In this document: positions 49,206-61,800 of the stretch, piece by piece | How positions within the stretch are numbered: position 1 is the stretch's first letter | How the letters are laid out: every line of letters starts with the position of its first letter | Assembly (NCBI RefSeq): GCF_016432865.1 | Contig: NC_067401.1 | Location: forward strand, 296,980,001 to 297,044,000 | DNA: 64,000 nt | Reading direction: 5' to 3' | Source of the DNA: Antechinus flavipes | Lineage: Eukaryota | Notes under the pieces: generated by a model | The model's database searches: none | What the model was told of the DNA's origin: nothing | What the model saw: only the letters and a program-made list of their open reading frames with translations | Position numbers and translations under genes: made by a program

Positions 49206-51749
49206 GCATAGTACTCTTTATACAGAAAGCACTCCAAAAATTTGCCGAATAGATAAATGAATGAACATTACATCTATTGCCTGAAAAAAATATTCTTTGG
49301 TTGACTAACCTGTCCCAGGTCTCAAAATAACCATCCAACCTTGTTTTGACCACGTTAATGACAACACAGAGCCATTAAATTAATGTCTCTAGATTCAGAT
49401 TGTAGCTTAGATTCAGATTGACCTTGGGCAAGTAACTCTGTTTAGATTTAAATTTCTTCTTTTATGTAATAGAAAGATTGTACCAAATGACCTATAAAGT
49501 CTGTTCAGGCCTAGGTCTGTAATCCCACGAGCCCAAAATTTTTGAATCACAAAACTAAAGTACCTGGCATTCAAAAACTACCTGTGAAGATTACTTTACA
49601 TATTTAATGAAACTTATTAATAAAAATGTTTAGAGTACCACAGAAATATTGTTGTGAAAGCCATTATTATTTAACAGTATGTATGGGGTTTTGGGCATTT
49701 AAATAAATCATATATCATAGTGTTTATAGATTCAAAGGCTTTTCCAGTCATTTCAGCCATTTAGAAAAAGATACCACCACCCTGTAGAAGGAAATTTCTT
49801 TTGATGAGCTAAAAGAAAAACACAGTCTCTTCATTCTCTTATTGTTACCTGTTGTGCCTCAGGATTCTTTAGCAAATTTCCTTGCCACAGTGATGTAAGT
49901 CTATCACAGACCCCCAAAGAGCTGTCCATTGAAACTGCTTGCCCTTTGAACCTGCTTCCTCTCAGGAGTAGTTTGGATGGTGTACAAATTAAAAAGCCAA
50001 AGAGAGGATTGATGATTGGGGCTGTCCACTACCTGGACTAAGCCATGGATAGAGGGCCAGGAATGCCAAGAAGCCACACATTCCATTAATAGCTGAGCAA
50101 AGCAGCCACAAGCTATTGACTGCTCTGACAGAGAGAGCCCCCAGGTGCTGAGTGTTTAGTCCATGGAAAAAAAAAGGTGCTGCATGGCTCAATTCAGACT
50201 TTCAGCTCTTTAAGCTGGGCCTATGATCTTAGAGGATGGCTTCAAATAAAAACCGAACTGCTTCCTCTGTGCTTTCAAGAGAGGAGTTAATCTTTATCAT
50301 GACAACTTAAGGCCATGGTCCAGTTTGAATGGCACCCACTACAGATGTATTTCATCTCATGTTTTGTTTTGTTTTGTTTTCCTATTGGCAATGAGTCTTA
50401 ACCCTTCCACAAATGACACAGAACCCCACTGCCTTTGGAAGAACTTGCTATCATTCTTGGGCCAAACTTTGAAATTGTGGGAGAGAAAGCTTCCATTTCT
50501 ACAGAAATACACCACTTTTAAAAAGGTATGACAATGATGACACATTTCCTTAAGGAATGGATGGATGAAATCTACAAAGAACATTACTATCACTTACTAT
50601 TAACTTTCTAAGAGGAATTGTCTCTGTCTAAGAAAGGATAGGCTTTTTTGCTCCAGAACTTAGTTACACATAGAATTACAGATGTAGAACTGGAAAAGAC
50701 TTCAGAGGTCATCCAATACAATCCCCTTATTTTACAGTTGAGGAAACTGAGTTCCAGGGATTTTAAAAGATTTGCCCTAGAGCACAGTAATAAATGTCAC
50801 AGATTAGATTTGAATTAAAGTCCTCAGATTTTGAAGCCAGTGACCTTTACAATGTACCTCTTTTCCCTCAGAAAGGGATCCTCACTGGCTGAATATACTG
50901 ACAAATATTTTAAATGACTCCTATGGTATTTTCACAATCGAGACACAAGCTTGTTAAATTATATTCAACACTGGGAAATGTGGCCAACAAAGTGAAGATA
51001 TAGGGTGACTAAATTCCATTGTTGATTTCTGGGTACTTGCCAGGTGTGTAAGGAGATGAAATTGTGATGAAGTTGATACCTATTCAAAACTCATGTCATA
51101 CTCAATTATTCTATTTTAAGCCTTTTATCTATCCTCACACCAGAGATCTTCAAACATTTTTTTATCCTATGAATCCTCTAAACTTTATCCTTCCACTCTT
51201 CCCTGTCCCCCTTCCTCTCCAAAAAGGCTACACTTGATCCCTTCAGTACTGCTACAAAACAGGTGTTTTGATGTTTAAATAGGCAGTCTTCCTTGAAGGC
51301 TTACAGGAAAATTTTTTAAAGAATAGGACCATTTCCACAGTCTGAGAAACATAACCCTCAATAAGACAGAGGCTTTAAAAATCAGAGGGGAAAAAGCACA
51401 TTCTGAAATATTATTCAAATTTTCTATCTATACATATAATGAACAAAACATTCCTCTCTGAAAAAATAACCAATAGAGAAAATTCTATCAACTTTTAAAA
51501 GGTTGTAGCTTTAGAGATCTCTTCAACCAATCTTCATTTTACATATAAGGAAATGCAGATTGACTAGGATCATACAAGTAACAAGGAATAGAGATGGGGT
51601 TTGAACCTGTGAACTTTGCCTCCAAGTCCAGCTTTCTTTCCACTGAATCATGCTTCTTCTTTTAGCTTACTTCCTTCATCTACCAAATATACATTACAGT
51701 CAAAGTGAGAATAAATATAATATTCATCTCTCTACTATTTATTCCATTT

Positions 51750-51975
51750 GGATGGCTCAGTAAATAGAGTACTTAAGTTGGAATCAGGAAGACCTGGGTT
51801 CAATGCACACTCAGACATTTACTAGTTATGTGATCCTGGGTAAGTCACTTGACCCTGTTTGTCTCAGTTTCCTCATCTGTAAAATTAAATGGAGAAATGA
51901 CAAACCAATCCAGTATCTTTGCCAAGGAAACCCCAAATTTTCAAGAATTGGACATGACTGAAAAAACTAAACAAC
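51750..51975 (+). mobile_element. Mar1 SINE
   Basis: TCAGGAAGACCTGGGTTCAA...CTCAGTTTCCTCATCTGTAAAAT...CAGTATCTTTGCCAAG. Confidence 0.9.
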
Positions 51976-52381
51976 CATTATTTATAATGCACAATTAAAC
52001 ACAAGCTTTGTTCAACAACATTTATTCAAAATATGCCAAATGGATACTGAAGACCTTCTGTTTCTAGAACATTGGACTAGAGGACACTCAAGGAGATAAG
52101 AAATCTAGAAAAAACATGGTCCTTATCCTCATAGAGTTAATGGTATTGATATATTAGAAAATTATGTTATGTCAATTCCTTGAAACCATTGTTAGAAACA
52201 TACTCCGTTGTATTAAGTATTGAGGTGATCAACTGAGTAAACAAAAAGTCACCATCAGTGTGACCTCTATTAGTGTACTAGTTCCAATTTCTACTTAAAA
52301 ATCAAACTCTAGGGAAAATATTATGAGTGAATATTTACTTTTTTGATTGGTATTGCTGGCACTAATGGATTTTTAACTTAC

Positions 52382-52512
52382 AAATCATCAGGGCAATTTC
52401 TCAGTGGCTCTACTCTTCTTCTTGATTAGATATAAAACATCAGAATTGGAATGATCTGGATAAGGTTCATGATCAAGAGTTAAAAATCTCCTAAATCATA
52501 ATTCTAAAAACT
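52382..52512 (-). pseudogene. ROS1: ROS1 pseudo-exon 41
   Basis: TTTTCATTTTTAG| then VFRIMI*EI(+1)TLDHEPYPDHSNSDVL..(-5)..EPLRNCPDD|GTAAGT, versus human SFGILIWEILTLGHQPYPAHSNLDVLNYVQTGGRLEPPRNCPDDL. TAG at 52491-52493. 131 = 135+1-5. Confidence 0.93.
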
Positions 52513-53324
52513 CTAAAAATGAAAAGGACTAATATCACAGTTTTAGCCCTTTTACAGATAGGTAATCTACACTTAACTATTCCTACAACTAATAATCTGG
52601 ATTATTAGCATCATCTGCTGGGCATCTGTCTATTAACTGTTGAATTAATTTTTCCCTTAAGAGATTAGCAAGAAATTCAAAATCAGGGTCAATTTTATAT
52701 GTAGGCAGAGCAGACAACTGCTTGATATGATTCATAAAATAATTATTTGCCTCATCTGACTGATGTTTACAATTTTTTTGGTCAGGAATTCATATCATTA
52801 ATATAAGAATTTGATATCTGTTAAATGCAGATATTCCAGGAGATGAGGTATAAGGTGAAGATTTAAAGTTGTAATCATTTGGGAACTTTTACCAAAAAAA
52901 TACTACAACAACCTGGACCAATAATAATAGTAATAATAAAGATGATGATTATGATAATTATCATTACCATTTGCATTGAACCATATTTATTGTTTCTAAG
53001 CAATTAATTTGTAAGATAAATTAGAAAAGCTGAAGTTTTATTCCCATTTTGTCGATGAGAAAAATGAGGCTCAGAGAGATGAAGTGACATTTTTATGATT
53101 ACATGGTGGCAGTAGAACCAAGATTCAAATTCAAATCTTCTAACTCCAACTCCAATCAATATTATTTTCATTACTCTATTTTTACTTTTCAGAGAAGCAT
53201 GCCCCCAACTTTTCAATTTTGCATTGGCCTAGTAACACTTAAACCTTACTGAAATTCAAGTAAATCAATAGTGCAAGGATCACAGACTCTAAACATGGGA
53301 AGGAACCTCTATCTATGTACTCTT

Positions 53325-53570
53325 TATATGTTTCTGACAAGACCTCTGATGATGAGAAAAACAGCTCAAGCCACTTAGAGGAGCTAGAATTTATTAGGAC
53401 ATTTTTCTTACATCCTCCCAAAATCTGCTAACCTGCAACTCTCAATTATTGCTTCTGGATTTGTCCTCTGAGACACAGAAAAATTAGACTTCCCTCTCTT
53501 CCACATTACAACCCTTCAAATTTCTAAAAACATCTATTGTGTCTCTCAGAGAGACTTTGGGCTAAACACC
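53325..53570 (-). mobile_element. CR1/L3 3' fragment
   Basis: CTTCCCTCTCTTCCACATTACAACCCTTCAAAT and TTCTGGATTTGTCCTCTG resemble the L3 ORF2 end on the minus strand. Confidence 0.6.
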
Positions 53571-53719
53571 TCATTCCTATTTGAATGGATCTTGTAAGTG
53601 GTTCAATGGTCAGAAAACCAACATGAATGGATTTGTGAGCTTTTGAAGTTAACATATATTTGCTTTTCCCTTAACACCACGGATAATGGTAAATTTATCA
53701 CACTTAACAGAAGGCCTTC

Positions 53720-53882
53720 AATTTTTCAGTCATGTCTAACTCTTCATGACCCTACTTTGAGTTTTCTTGGCAGAGATATTGTTGAGGTTGTTTGCCATTT
53801 CCTTCTCCAAATCATTTTACAGAGAATAAGTGTCTGAGGCTGGATTTGAATTCAGGAAGAGAAGTCTTCCTGACTCTAAGTC
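53720..53882 (-). mobile_element. Mar1 SINE, internally deleted
   Basis: TTTTCTTGGCAGAGATA...TTTGCCATTTCCTTCTCC...TAAGTGTCTGAGGCTGGATTTGAA. Confidence 0.8.
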
Positions 53883-54921
53883 CTTTACTTAGTCTATCAT
53901 TTTTTAGATATATGACTTTAATGGCTACTAAATCAATGACAACATACCTCTAAAATATCATACTCTAATTTAAGCTGACCATATTCTTCCAACTACGGAT
54001 GTAAAACAAATTTAAATTAAAGATACATATTTTATTACTTTAGTAATGAAGGAGTGATGTTGACACAGTAACAGGAGACAGTGTGGTATGATACAAAGAG
54101 TACTCAATGGACATCAGGAGACTTGAATTTGAGTTCCATCTTTGTCACTAAATATCTGTGTGATCCAGGATAGGTCTCGTTGCTCAGGGCAAAATCATGA
54201 TTGGGTGCTTTCATGGGATGATAGGATCATAGATTAGAGTTAGAAGGGACTTAGAGGTCATCTACAAGTCATGTAGTTCAATTTCATTACTCAACAGAAA
54301 AACTGAATAATTTACACAATGTCATATAAATCATATAAGTAGTAAGTAGTTCCAGATACAGGATCTAAAACTAGGTCCTTAGGCTTCAGAGCCTAATATA
54401 TATTGCCTAAGGCACCAAATGTAGAAGGCACTCAAATGGGGGGAAGGGGGAGAGGGGGTAATTATATTTGTAGTCTTTTATGGAAACAGTTCATTTATTT
54501 AAATTTTTATTTAAAATAGAAATTATTTAACTTATTGTTCATTTATTCAATCATATTCAATTATCTAATTTAGTTATTTAAATTAAACAATTAATTAATT
54601 GTTTGAGTAGAATGGAGGAGCTTCTTTTCACTTGTAACCTATTTCTCTCCCTAGTCTACCAGTTAGTGGAGAGTTCTGTGAGTTTTTCACATGTCCCAGG
54701 CTATGTAACAAGAACATGCATTATGTCCTGTTTTCCATAAGCATAAAGATTCCTAGTTCCAGGTTGGATTACAGAACCTATTTTCCTACAAGCAAAATGA
54801 AAGTATTGGGTTTTAGAAATTTTTTCAAAAGTCTTTTCCATTGCTAACTTTCTACAACTTTTTTTTGGCTATGTTAATATGTTGTAGTTCACATCCCACT
54901 GAAGTTCTACCATATATTTAC

Positions 54922-55115
54922 CACATGTCCAATTGAGTAGCAAATATCCCATCAATCAAAGTTTTTGGAGCCATCCAATGAATTGAAGTAGCCATTCTTC
55001 TCTCTTTCTGTAGTAAGCATTTTTATAGATGTCTCCAAAGTCCCCAATTTTCTCTATCTCAGATACAATGGTATACTATTTCATTTAGACAAGGCAGTTC
55101 CAAGTAGTTGGTTCT
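54922..55115 (-). pseudogene. ROS1: ROS1 pseudo-exon 40 (catalytic loop, DFG, activation loop)
   Basis: CCACATCAG| then EPTTWNCLV*MK*YTIVSEIEKIGDFG(-9)DIYKNAYYRKREEWLL(-1)IHWMAPKTLIDGIFATQLDMW|GTAAAT, versus human [67 protein letters not shown]. 194 = 201+3-9-1. Confidence 0.95.
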
Positions 55116-55264
55116 CTGATGTGGAAAGGAAAATTATGAATATAAACTATGATGAGAGCAGAGAACTAGTGCATCAGTCAGAGGCCACAGATCTCACTTT
55201 CAAAAATATTCCACCCAAAACAACAAAGCCAAGTATCTCCCCTACACCTCCATAGGAGATAGAT

Positions 55265-55749
55265 CAACAATTCTTAAACTTTTTCGTCTCATGACCCCTT
55301 TACATTAAAAATTCCTGAGGCCCTAAAGAACTTTTGGTTATGTGTGTCCTATGTATCAATTTTTATCATTTTAGAACATAAAAGTGAAATTTTAAATCTT
55401 TATTTGTTCATTCATTTTAAAATAGCAACAATTAACCTACTACCTATTAACATAAATAGTTAATAAAAACATTTTTTAAAATATGTGAGAAAAGTGGCAG
55501 TTTTAGATATCATTGCAAATTTCTTTAATGGATAGCATAATAGAAGACAGTAGGATTCTCACATATTCTTCTGCATTCAATCTGTGGCAATATGATGTTT
55601 TGATAGAAGTAATGAAGAAAAATATTGCCTCACATAGATATTGGAAAGGGACAATTTTAAAAGACAAATAGTATTTTGACTTCTCAGGCTGTTTTAGAAA
55701 GAGTTTAAGGTATCCTTGGTTGGACAAAGACCACACTTTGAAAAGTGTC
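55265..55749 (+). mobile_element. hAT-Charlie (Charlie1-like) deleted DNA transposon in ROS1 pseudo-intron 39
   Basis: Starts CAATTCTTAAACTTTTTCGTCTCATGACCCCTTTACA, contains TTCTGCATTCAATCTGT, and ends GACCACACTTTGAAAAGTG. Confidence 0.75.
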
Positions 55750-55910
55750 AAATAAATTACTATAAAAATGTTTTGAGGAAAAATCATACATATTCTAACA
55801 CAAATTTAAGTAATAAATTAATCTTGCCTAACTCATCCAAACTAAGGAGCCAACATTCCTAAATAATACACATAGATTTATGGCCAAATGATGTCTAGGA
55901 AACATTGTAC

Positions 55911-55996
55911 ACATGAATGAGGTGTAGTTGTTCAAAATAGACATAGCCGGAAGAGATGTTCAAAAGGGCATCCAAAGTGAGAGCAGAACTTCAGAA
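55911..55996 (-). pseudogene. ROS1: ROS1 pseudo-exon 39
   Basis: TTTCTCTTCATTTCCTGTAG| then F*SSALTLDALLNISSGYVYFEQLHLIH|GTACAA, versus human FYGPLLTLVDLVDLCVDISKGCVYLERMHFIHR. TGA at codon 2 and a 12-nt deletion (86 = 98-12). Confidence 0.85.
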
Positions 55997-58292
55997 CTAC
56001 AGGAAATGAAGAGAAACAATAACTGCTAAGATCACACACACACATATATTTCTATAAAGGACTTGTAGTTAAGCCTATTAGGGATATAATCAGTTTACCA
56101 AATGTACACAAATTGTGCCAACTTATAATAATGATAATGATCATAGCTAGACTTTATATGGCAGTTTAAGACTCTTGCAACACTTCACATATGTTAACTT
56201 ATTTGATCCTTATAACAATTCTGTGAAATAGATGCTTTTATATTATCCTCATTTTGCAAATGAGGAAACTGAGGCACAGAGAGGTTAAATGATTTGCCTA
56301 CTTCACATAACTAGTAAGCATCTAAGATTTGAACTCATTTCTAAATAATGAGTCAAGCTTATAGTCTTGCTCTAAGTCTATAATCTTATTATTCGAATTG
56401 GATTTTTTTGTGAATAAGTTAAAAATTCCAGCTATATTTTTGTTCTTTGTACTTCTCTGTACTTCTATCAAATTTCTATACTTTGGTACATGATTGTATT
56501 GTTAGTAATAATCCATAAAATAAATGATAGTATGTGCAGTTTCTTATCTTGTATTTTTAATCTAAAAATAAGTGATATTAAGCAGATCCTACTTTACCCA
56601 AGCTCTATGACATCTAATGACAGACATTAGTCTGCCATTGTACTTGGGCTTCTTCTCTTGAAAGGATTTACAGTACAAGAAGAATACCTACAGTGCCTAT
56701 ATTTTGGGTATACACTTCCTTCCTAGGTAGGTATTTTTCCTCCCCATGATGACTACCAGTCCTATGTCTTGTCTCATTTTTTTTTTTTACTGGCCCATGC
56801 CATTACAAGTGTGACCATCATCCTCAGGGTCCTGTCACTGTAACACTCCTCTCTTAGACCCACCTATCTTTCAACTCCCAAGGGGGGGCAATAGATAAAT
56901 CACCTCTTATAGGTACCTATGATCAAACTGCCATCTGAACCAAATATCAATTCCCCAAACTGCAATTCCAACTGTTTTTGAACCAAGTAAATAATTTCTA
57001 GTTATGGTTCTATTTCTCTTACTTTATCTCATTTATTTACACTTCTGAAATGCAAAATAAATAAGTGCAGGTACCATCACCTATATTTTACAAATGAGCA
57101 AAATATCCCATGAAGGAATTAAGTGCCTTCTCTGAAGGACACGTGGCAAACTTGAACAGATCTCTTAGAGTTAGAGAAACCAGTACTTTGAATGTCAGGG
57201 CACTCTGCTTCTCTTAAAAAAAATAAATAGCAGGCTCATATTACTTCAAAATGTCAGAAATGTGAGGTCAGTTTTCTAATGGCCCTCATCCAGTGAGTAT
57301 CTGAAAGTAAGGTAAGAATATATCACAAAATAATCTGGAGAAGACAGCATAGCACAGTGGAAAGAACACAATATCTATCATTTTGGGGTTACAGAAAATG
57401 CATTTAACCTTTCTGGGATTCAAATTCATCATTTACAACGTAAGGTAGTTGATCTATAGAAGTCCCTCCCAATCAATGTTCCTAGATAATTAATATATGA
57501 GTTCAAAAAGCAATTGACTTTCAGAACTTTGCCCAACATGGGATTTTTTTTAGGACAGCAAATAAAGTCAATGAGTAAACTATCTCCAGTTTAAGACTAA
57601 CATTGTGAACCATATCTTCTACTATTATTATATATGCTTTTCATAAATACATCTTTCCATCTATTCTAAGATAATATATTGGGGATCAGTCAACCAACTC
57701 TGGGCTGAGGAGATGCAGGAATAAGTCATTCTTATAAAAATAAACAAACAACAAATATGAAACCCTCAGCTTCTAGAAGCTATTTAAAATACTTAATTTT
57801 CTCTGAGGAGTATTTCAGCATCCTCAACCCCCAATTATTTCCCTTTATTTGAAATATACTGTTCTTGTTCTGAATCGTTAAGGAGGTATATGGTACCCTC
57901 TAGTGGTTACTGGCTGTGTATAAGAATAAGCTGATCCTAAGAACTAAAACTTTGCCCAGTGATTTCAACCTTGTGAAGAGAAAAATATATTATTCAAGTT
58001 TCCCCAAGACCTTTCATACCAAGACCTTGAAAACCAAGGCTCTTTGGTTCTTAAAAATATGAAGTATATTCTATTTTTGTCATCATTTTATAGAAAGGCT
58101 AAGAGACTTTTACCAAAATACGAATGCAAGAAAAATAGTGATAATATTTATTCATTCACATTTCTAAATAGTATCAGAACTTGTAATTCTTAATTCCTCT
58201 TAGCCATTACTTTATAATTTATCTGACTGCTGAAACAGCTTGTTGCCCATAGGCAGTTTTCATTGCTTAAAATTCATTTCTCTGTGTTTGTG

Positions 58293-58405
58293 TGTCAAAA
58301 ATATTAGTTTATAGGAATTTTGCAACAAAGCTAAAACTAACATAAGGCAAATAAGGCCTTGCCCTCAGGCACTGATATCTAGAGGGAGAAATGAAAATTT
58401 GTCCT
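58293..58405 (+). repeat. 113-bp direct repeat, copy A
   Basis: Ungapped, 96/113 identical to 60639-60751 (manual count). Confidence 0.9.
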
Positions 58406-59035
58406 AGGAGAGGTAAACATTCTTTTTTTTTCAAGACCTTCTCACAGTCCTATTTATCACATATACCATACTAGGACCAACATCCCTAGAATTTTTTCAA
58501 TCTGGTGCCCATCTCTGGGCATGCCAGTAGAGATAAAGATCAGACTTCTCACTCTTATTGTGAAACTATACTTATAGTCAGAATGTTTTCTGAGCCACAA
58601 CCATTCTTTTCAGATCACTATCACTTTCTCTCTCAGTTTCAATTATTGCAAAAATTCCTAGTTACAACTCTGCTTTGCAGATGACCACCACTCTTAAATT
58701 TTTACCAGCACCATTTATGATTACTAATACACTCAACAATCCTTTCCTATTGTTCTCATTTCCATCAGTTTAAGGAAACACAAGATTATGCTAACAGTAC
58801 AACAGCTTCCAAAATTCAACAATACGCAAATTCTCCTTCAAACTAATGAAAAGATAAGAAAAGGAAAGAAAAAGTTGATAGCATTTCAATTCTTTTAGAT
58901 TTACAGATTTGAGTGTACCTGTTTATTACTGATGTGTTCTATTGCCTCAGTTCATTTAAGATATGAAAAATGATCCAATACACAGATAACAAGCTTCCTG
59001 AATGTGTCAAAGGAAAGTAGTTTCAGAACTGTTAC

Positions 59036-59100
59036 CTCATCAGGTGTGCCTCCTTCAGGAAGTCAATCTTCTCTTCCGCTGTTGAGCCTTTCTTTAGAGT
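59036..59100 (-). pseudogene. ROS1: ROS1 pseudo-exon 37 (alpha-C helix)
   Basis: 65 nt, TLKKGSTAEEKIDFLKEAHLM-AG|GTAACA, versus human TLKKGSTDQEKIEFLKEAHLMS. Acceptor reads CAC| instead of CAG|. Confidence 0.93.
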
Positions 59101-60363
59101 GTGCTCAGTATAAGATCAAATGACTGGTTAGTGTAACTTGATCACTATGAGTAACTTACTCTGATGGAAGTATAATGGATTAATGTCAATCCTTCTTTGT
59201 AATACCCATGCTTAAAGCAAAAGGAAAGTTTGCTTAGGAAAGCATATTGAGAAGAATTTTCAAATGAAGTGTCTGGTATTTTGTGCTAAGTGTACCAAAA
59301 GAAACTAATTGTAAAGATGACAAGTTTGATTGTTAGCTGATCATTTCTTGATTTTAAAAACTCTCACTATCCTTTTGTAAGACACAAGTCCTTGATGAAG
59401 AACTACCCTGAAGTTAATTAAATATGAATCAGCAAATATTATGAAGTGCCTACTGTGTTCAAGAAACTGAGCCAGACACTACCCAGTTTTCTCCAAAATG
59501 AAAAGCTTTTGGTTGATGTGGGATAAAGGGAAAGATAGAATGTTATGAGAAAAGCAAGACTTTCTTATTTTAAATTTCAGTTCTCTAAAATAATCACTTA
59601 CATAACAGGATAACTACTGCAACAGAGTGGAATAATGTATCAAGTATTAAACCTTACATCAGGAAAGCCTAGGTTCAAATATTGCTTCTGTATGTCATCT
59701 TGCATAAGTTATTTCATCTCAGTTTCCTTCCCTGCCCAGGGTCTAAATAACAACCTAGTTTTCCTGCTATGTTGCCCCAGGTATTGAAGTTCCCTTTTTA
59801 ATCAATTTTGTAAAACTGAGATTCCTTCTGGATCTGAATCTGTGATCCACTTACTGGTTATATGACCATGGACAAATCATTTCAACTTTCTAAATGTCAT
59901 GTAACTCTTTAATACTATGTTACAAATGTATCTCAAATCTGTTCAGTAGAAGATATTCTCATGTTGGCACAATCATACATCCTTGACACAGAAATATTCT
60001 AAACTAAATTAAATGTGAATCAACAAACATTTAAATGCTACTGTATTTGAAGTACTGTGCTAGCACTAGAGATAAGACAAAAACAAAGCAGTTGGTTATT
60101 GTTACCAAGAAATTTATGATACATTTTTAAACAGGTAAGTGAAATAGAAGCCAATTTGAGGAGGAAGAGAGAGTCCTGATAACATGATTGAAGGGCTTTG
60201 TAGGAGAGGTGGTATCTTAGATGATCTTTGATAATAAAGTGGTATTACATTACATTAGTTCAGGCACTCAGCAAAATTACAAAATAGACAAAATCTGGAT
60301 TCAACAGTTGATTGATATAAGCTTTGGTTTCTTCTTCTCCCAGTCTCACTTCTAACTGGAATT

Positions 60364-60618
60364 ATTTTGTTATTATTGAGTCATTTCAATCGTTTCTAAC
60401 TCTTTGTGACCTCATTTAGCGTTTTCTTGGCAAAGATATAGGAATCTCTGTTGGTATTTCCTTCTCCAGCTTACTTTCACAGATGAGGTATTGGAATACA
60501 AGATGGTAAGTGACTTGCCTAATATCACACTCTTATCTGAGACTGGATTTGAACCCAGAAAGATGAGATTCCTTGACTCCAGGCCTAGCACTCTATCTAT
60601 TACATTACCTAGCAGCCC
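60364..60618 (-). mobile_element. Mar1 SINE with 12-bp TSD
   Basis: Flanked by CTAACTGGAATT (60352-60363) and CTAATTGGAGTT (60619-60630). Confidence 0.88.
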
Positions 60619-60638
60619 CTAATTGGAGTTGTTGGTAC

Positions 60639-60751
60639 TGTCAAAAATATTAGTTTATAGAAATCTTGCAACAATGCTAAAACTAGCATGAAGTAAATAA
60701 GGCTTTGTCTCTAGGCACTGATATCTAAAGGGATGAATAAGAATTTGTCCT
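60639..60751 (+). repeat. 113-bp direct repeat, copy B
   Basis: Same start (TGTCAAAAATATTAGTTTATAG) and end (AATTTGTCCT) as copy A. Confidence 0.9.
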
Positions 60752-61284
60752 TTCCCTGTTTAATCTATTTTCTAGAACTTTTCTCCATCCTCATTCCTAT
60801 TAAAAACTTACCTGGTTTGTGACTTAGCTTTTGTTGGATGACTCTGGGTGTCAATCAATTGTATAAATTTGCTTGTATACATGTCTGCTGGCTGAAGGTC
60901 ATAGATCATAATATTTAAAACTGGAAAGACCTATAGAAATCAATTCTAACTCCCTCATTTTATAAATATGGAAATCATCCTCAAAGGTTGCACACCCAAA
61001 TTTATATAAGTAGAAGATTCAGGATTTGAATCTAAAAGTTCTGATTCTAAATCCAATGTTCTTACCAGTATACCACTCTACCTCCCAAATAAAAAAAAGT
61101 TGAACCCATAAAAATACATATGTCTCCAGAAAGATCCCACAAAATAAGAATTCTAAAAAACCATGGTTTGCGATGATGAAATACCTCAACAGTTGAACCT
61201 TTAGGTACCCTGTAAAATATGTCATGACTTTTGATCTCTGTATAGGGTTAGCTACATGCTTATGTTTCCATTTCATAAAAACTT

Positions 61285-61800
61285 TTTAAAAAAATTTAAA
61301 TTTATTTATTTATTTAAAGCTTAAAAACAAATTAGAGTAAGAATGAAAACTATTACCATGTGCAACAGCAGAACATAAAAGAATATTCAAAATATAAAGC
61401 AAAAGTTTTCATTTCAAGAGAGCCCAATAATAAATACTACACTTTGTGTTCAAAAACTATCTTTGCTTTCATGTGGGTTTTCTTTTGTTCTCTGCTATGC
61501 ACTTTTTATCTTATTCTTTTTCCCTCTTTTGTTCCCCCTCCCCAATAAGGCTACAATAAATTTTATATTTATATTTACATATATATGGATATGTGTATTG
61601 TGACACAAATATACACATGCATATACTTAGATATCTATAATAATGCATATATATTCTTATACATCTTTGTAAAACCCATACTATACTTATTTATCCTCTG
61701 TTCTTTGAAGGTGGATAATATCTTTCATCAGTCTAAGTTCTTCCATATTTTTCTAAACAAACCAAATCATCGTTTCTGATATGACAGCAATATTCCAATC
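61285..61800 (-). mobile_element. Old L1 3'UTR fragment
   Basis: T-rich tail on the left and marsupial L1 3'UTR-like body (CAGCAGAACATAAAAGAATATTCAAAATATAAAGC; CTTTGAAGGTGGATAAT). Confidence 0.65.

Noticed and set aside
47176-49353. ORFs at 47176-47494, 48356-48640 and 49030-49353
   Set aside because: Translations of L1 fragments, not host genes.
52790-52865. CTCCTGGAATATCTGC on the minus strand, resembling ROS1 exon 39
   Set aside because: A full, correctly ordered exon 39 is at 55911-55996; this match is out of order.
58720-58842. Possible ROS1 exon 38 (minus-strand pyrimidine tract plus AG, 74 nt before CTGATGGAA 'LME')
   Set aside because: Spacing fits human (76 nt) but only about 6/20 residues match, far below the other exons. 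A second weak candidate exists at about 57855-57990. Not supportable without an alignment.
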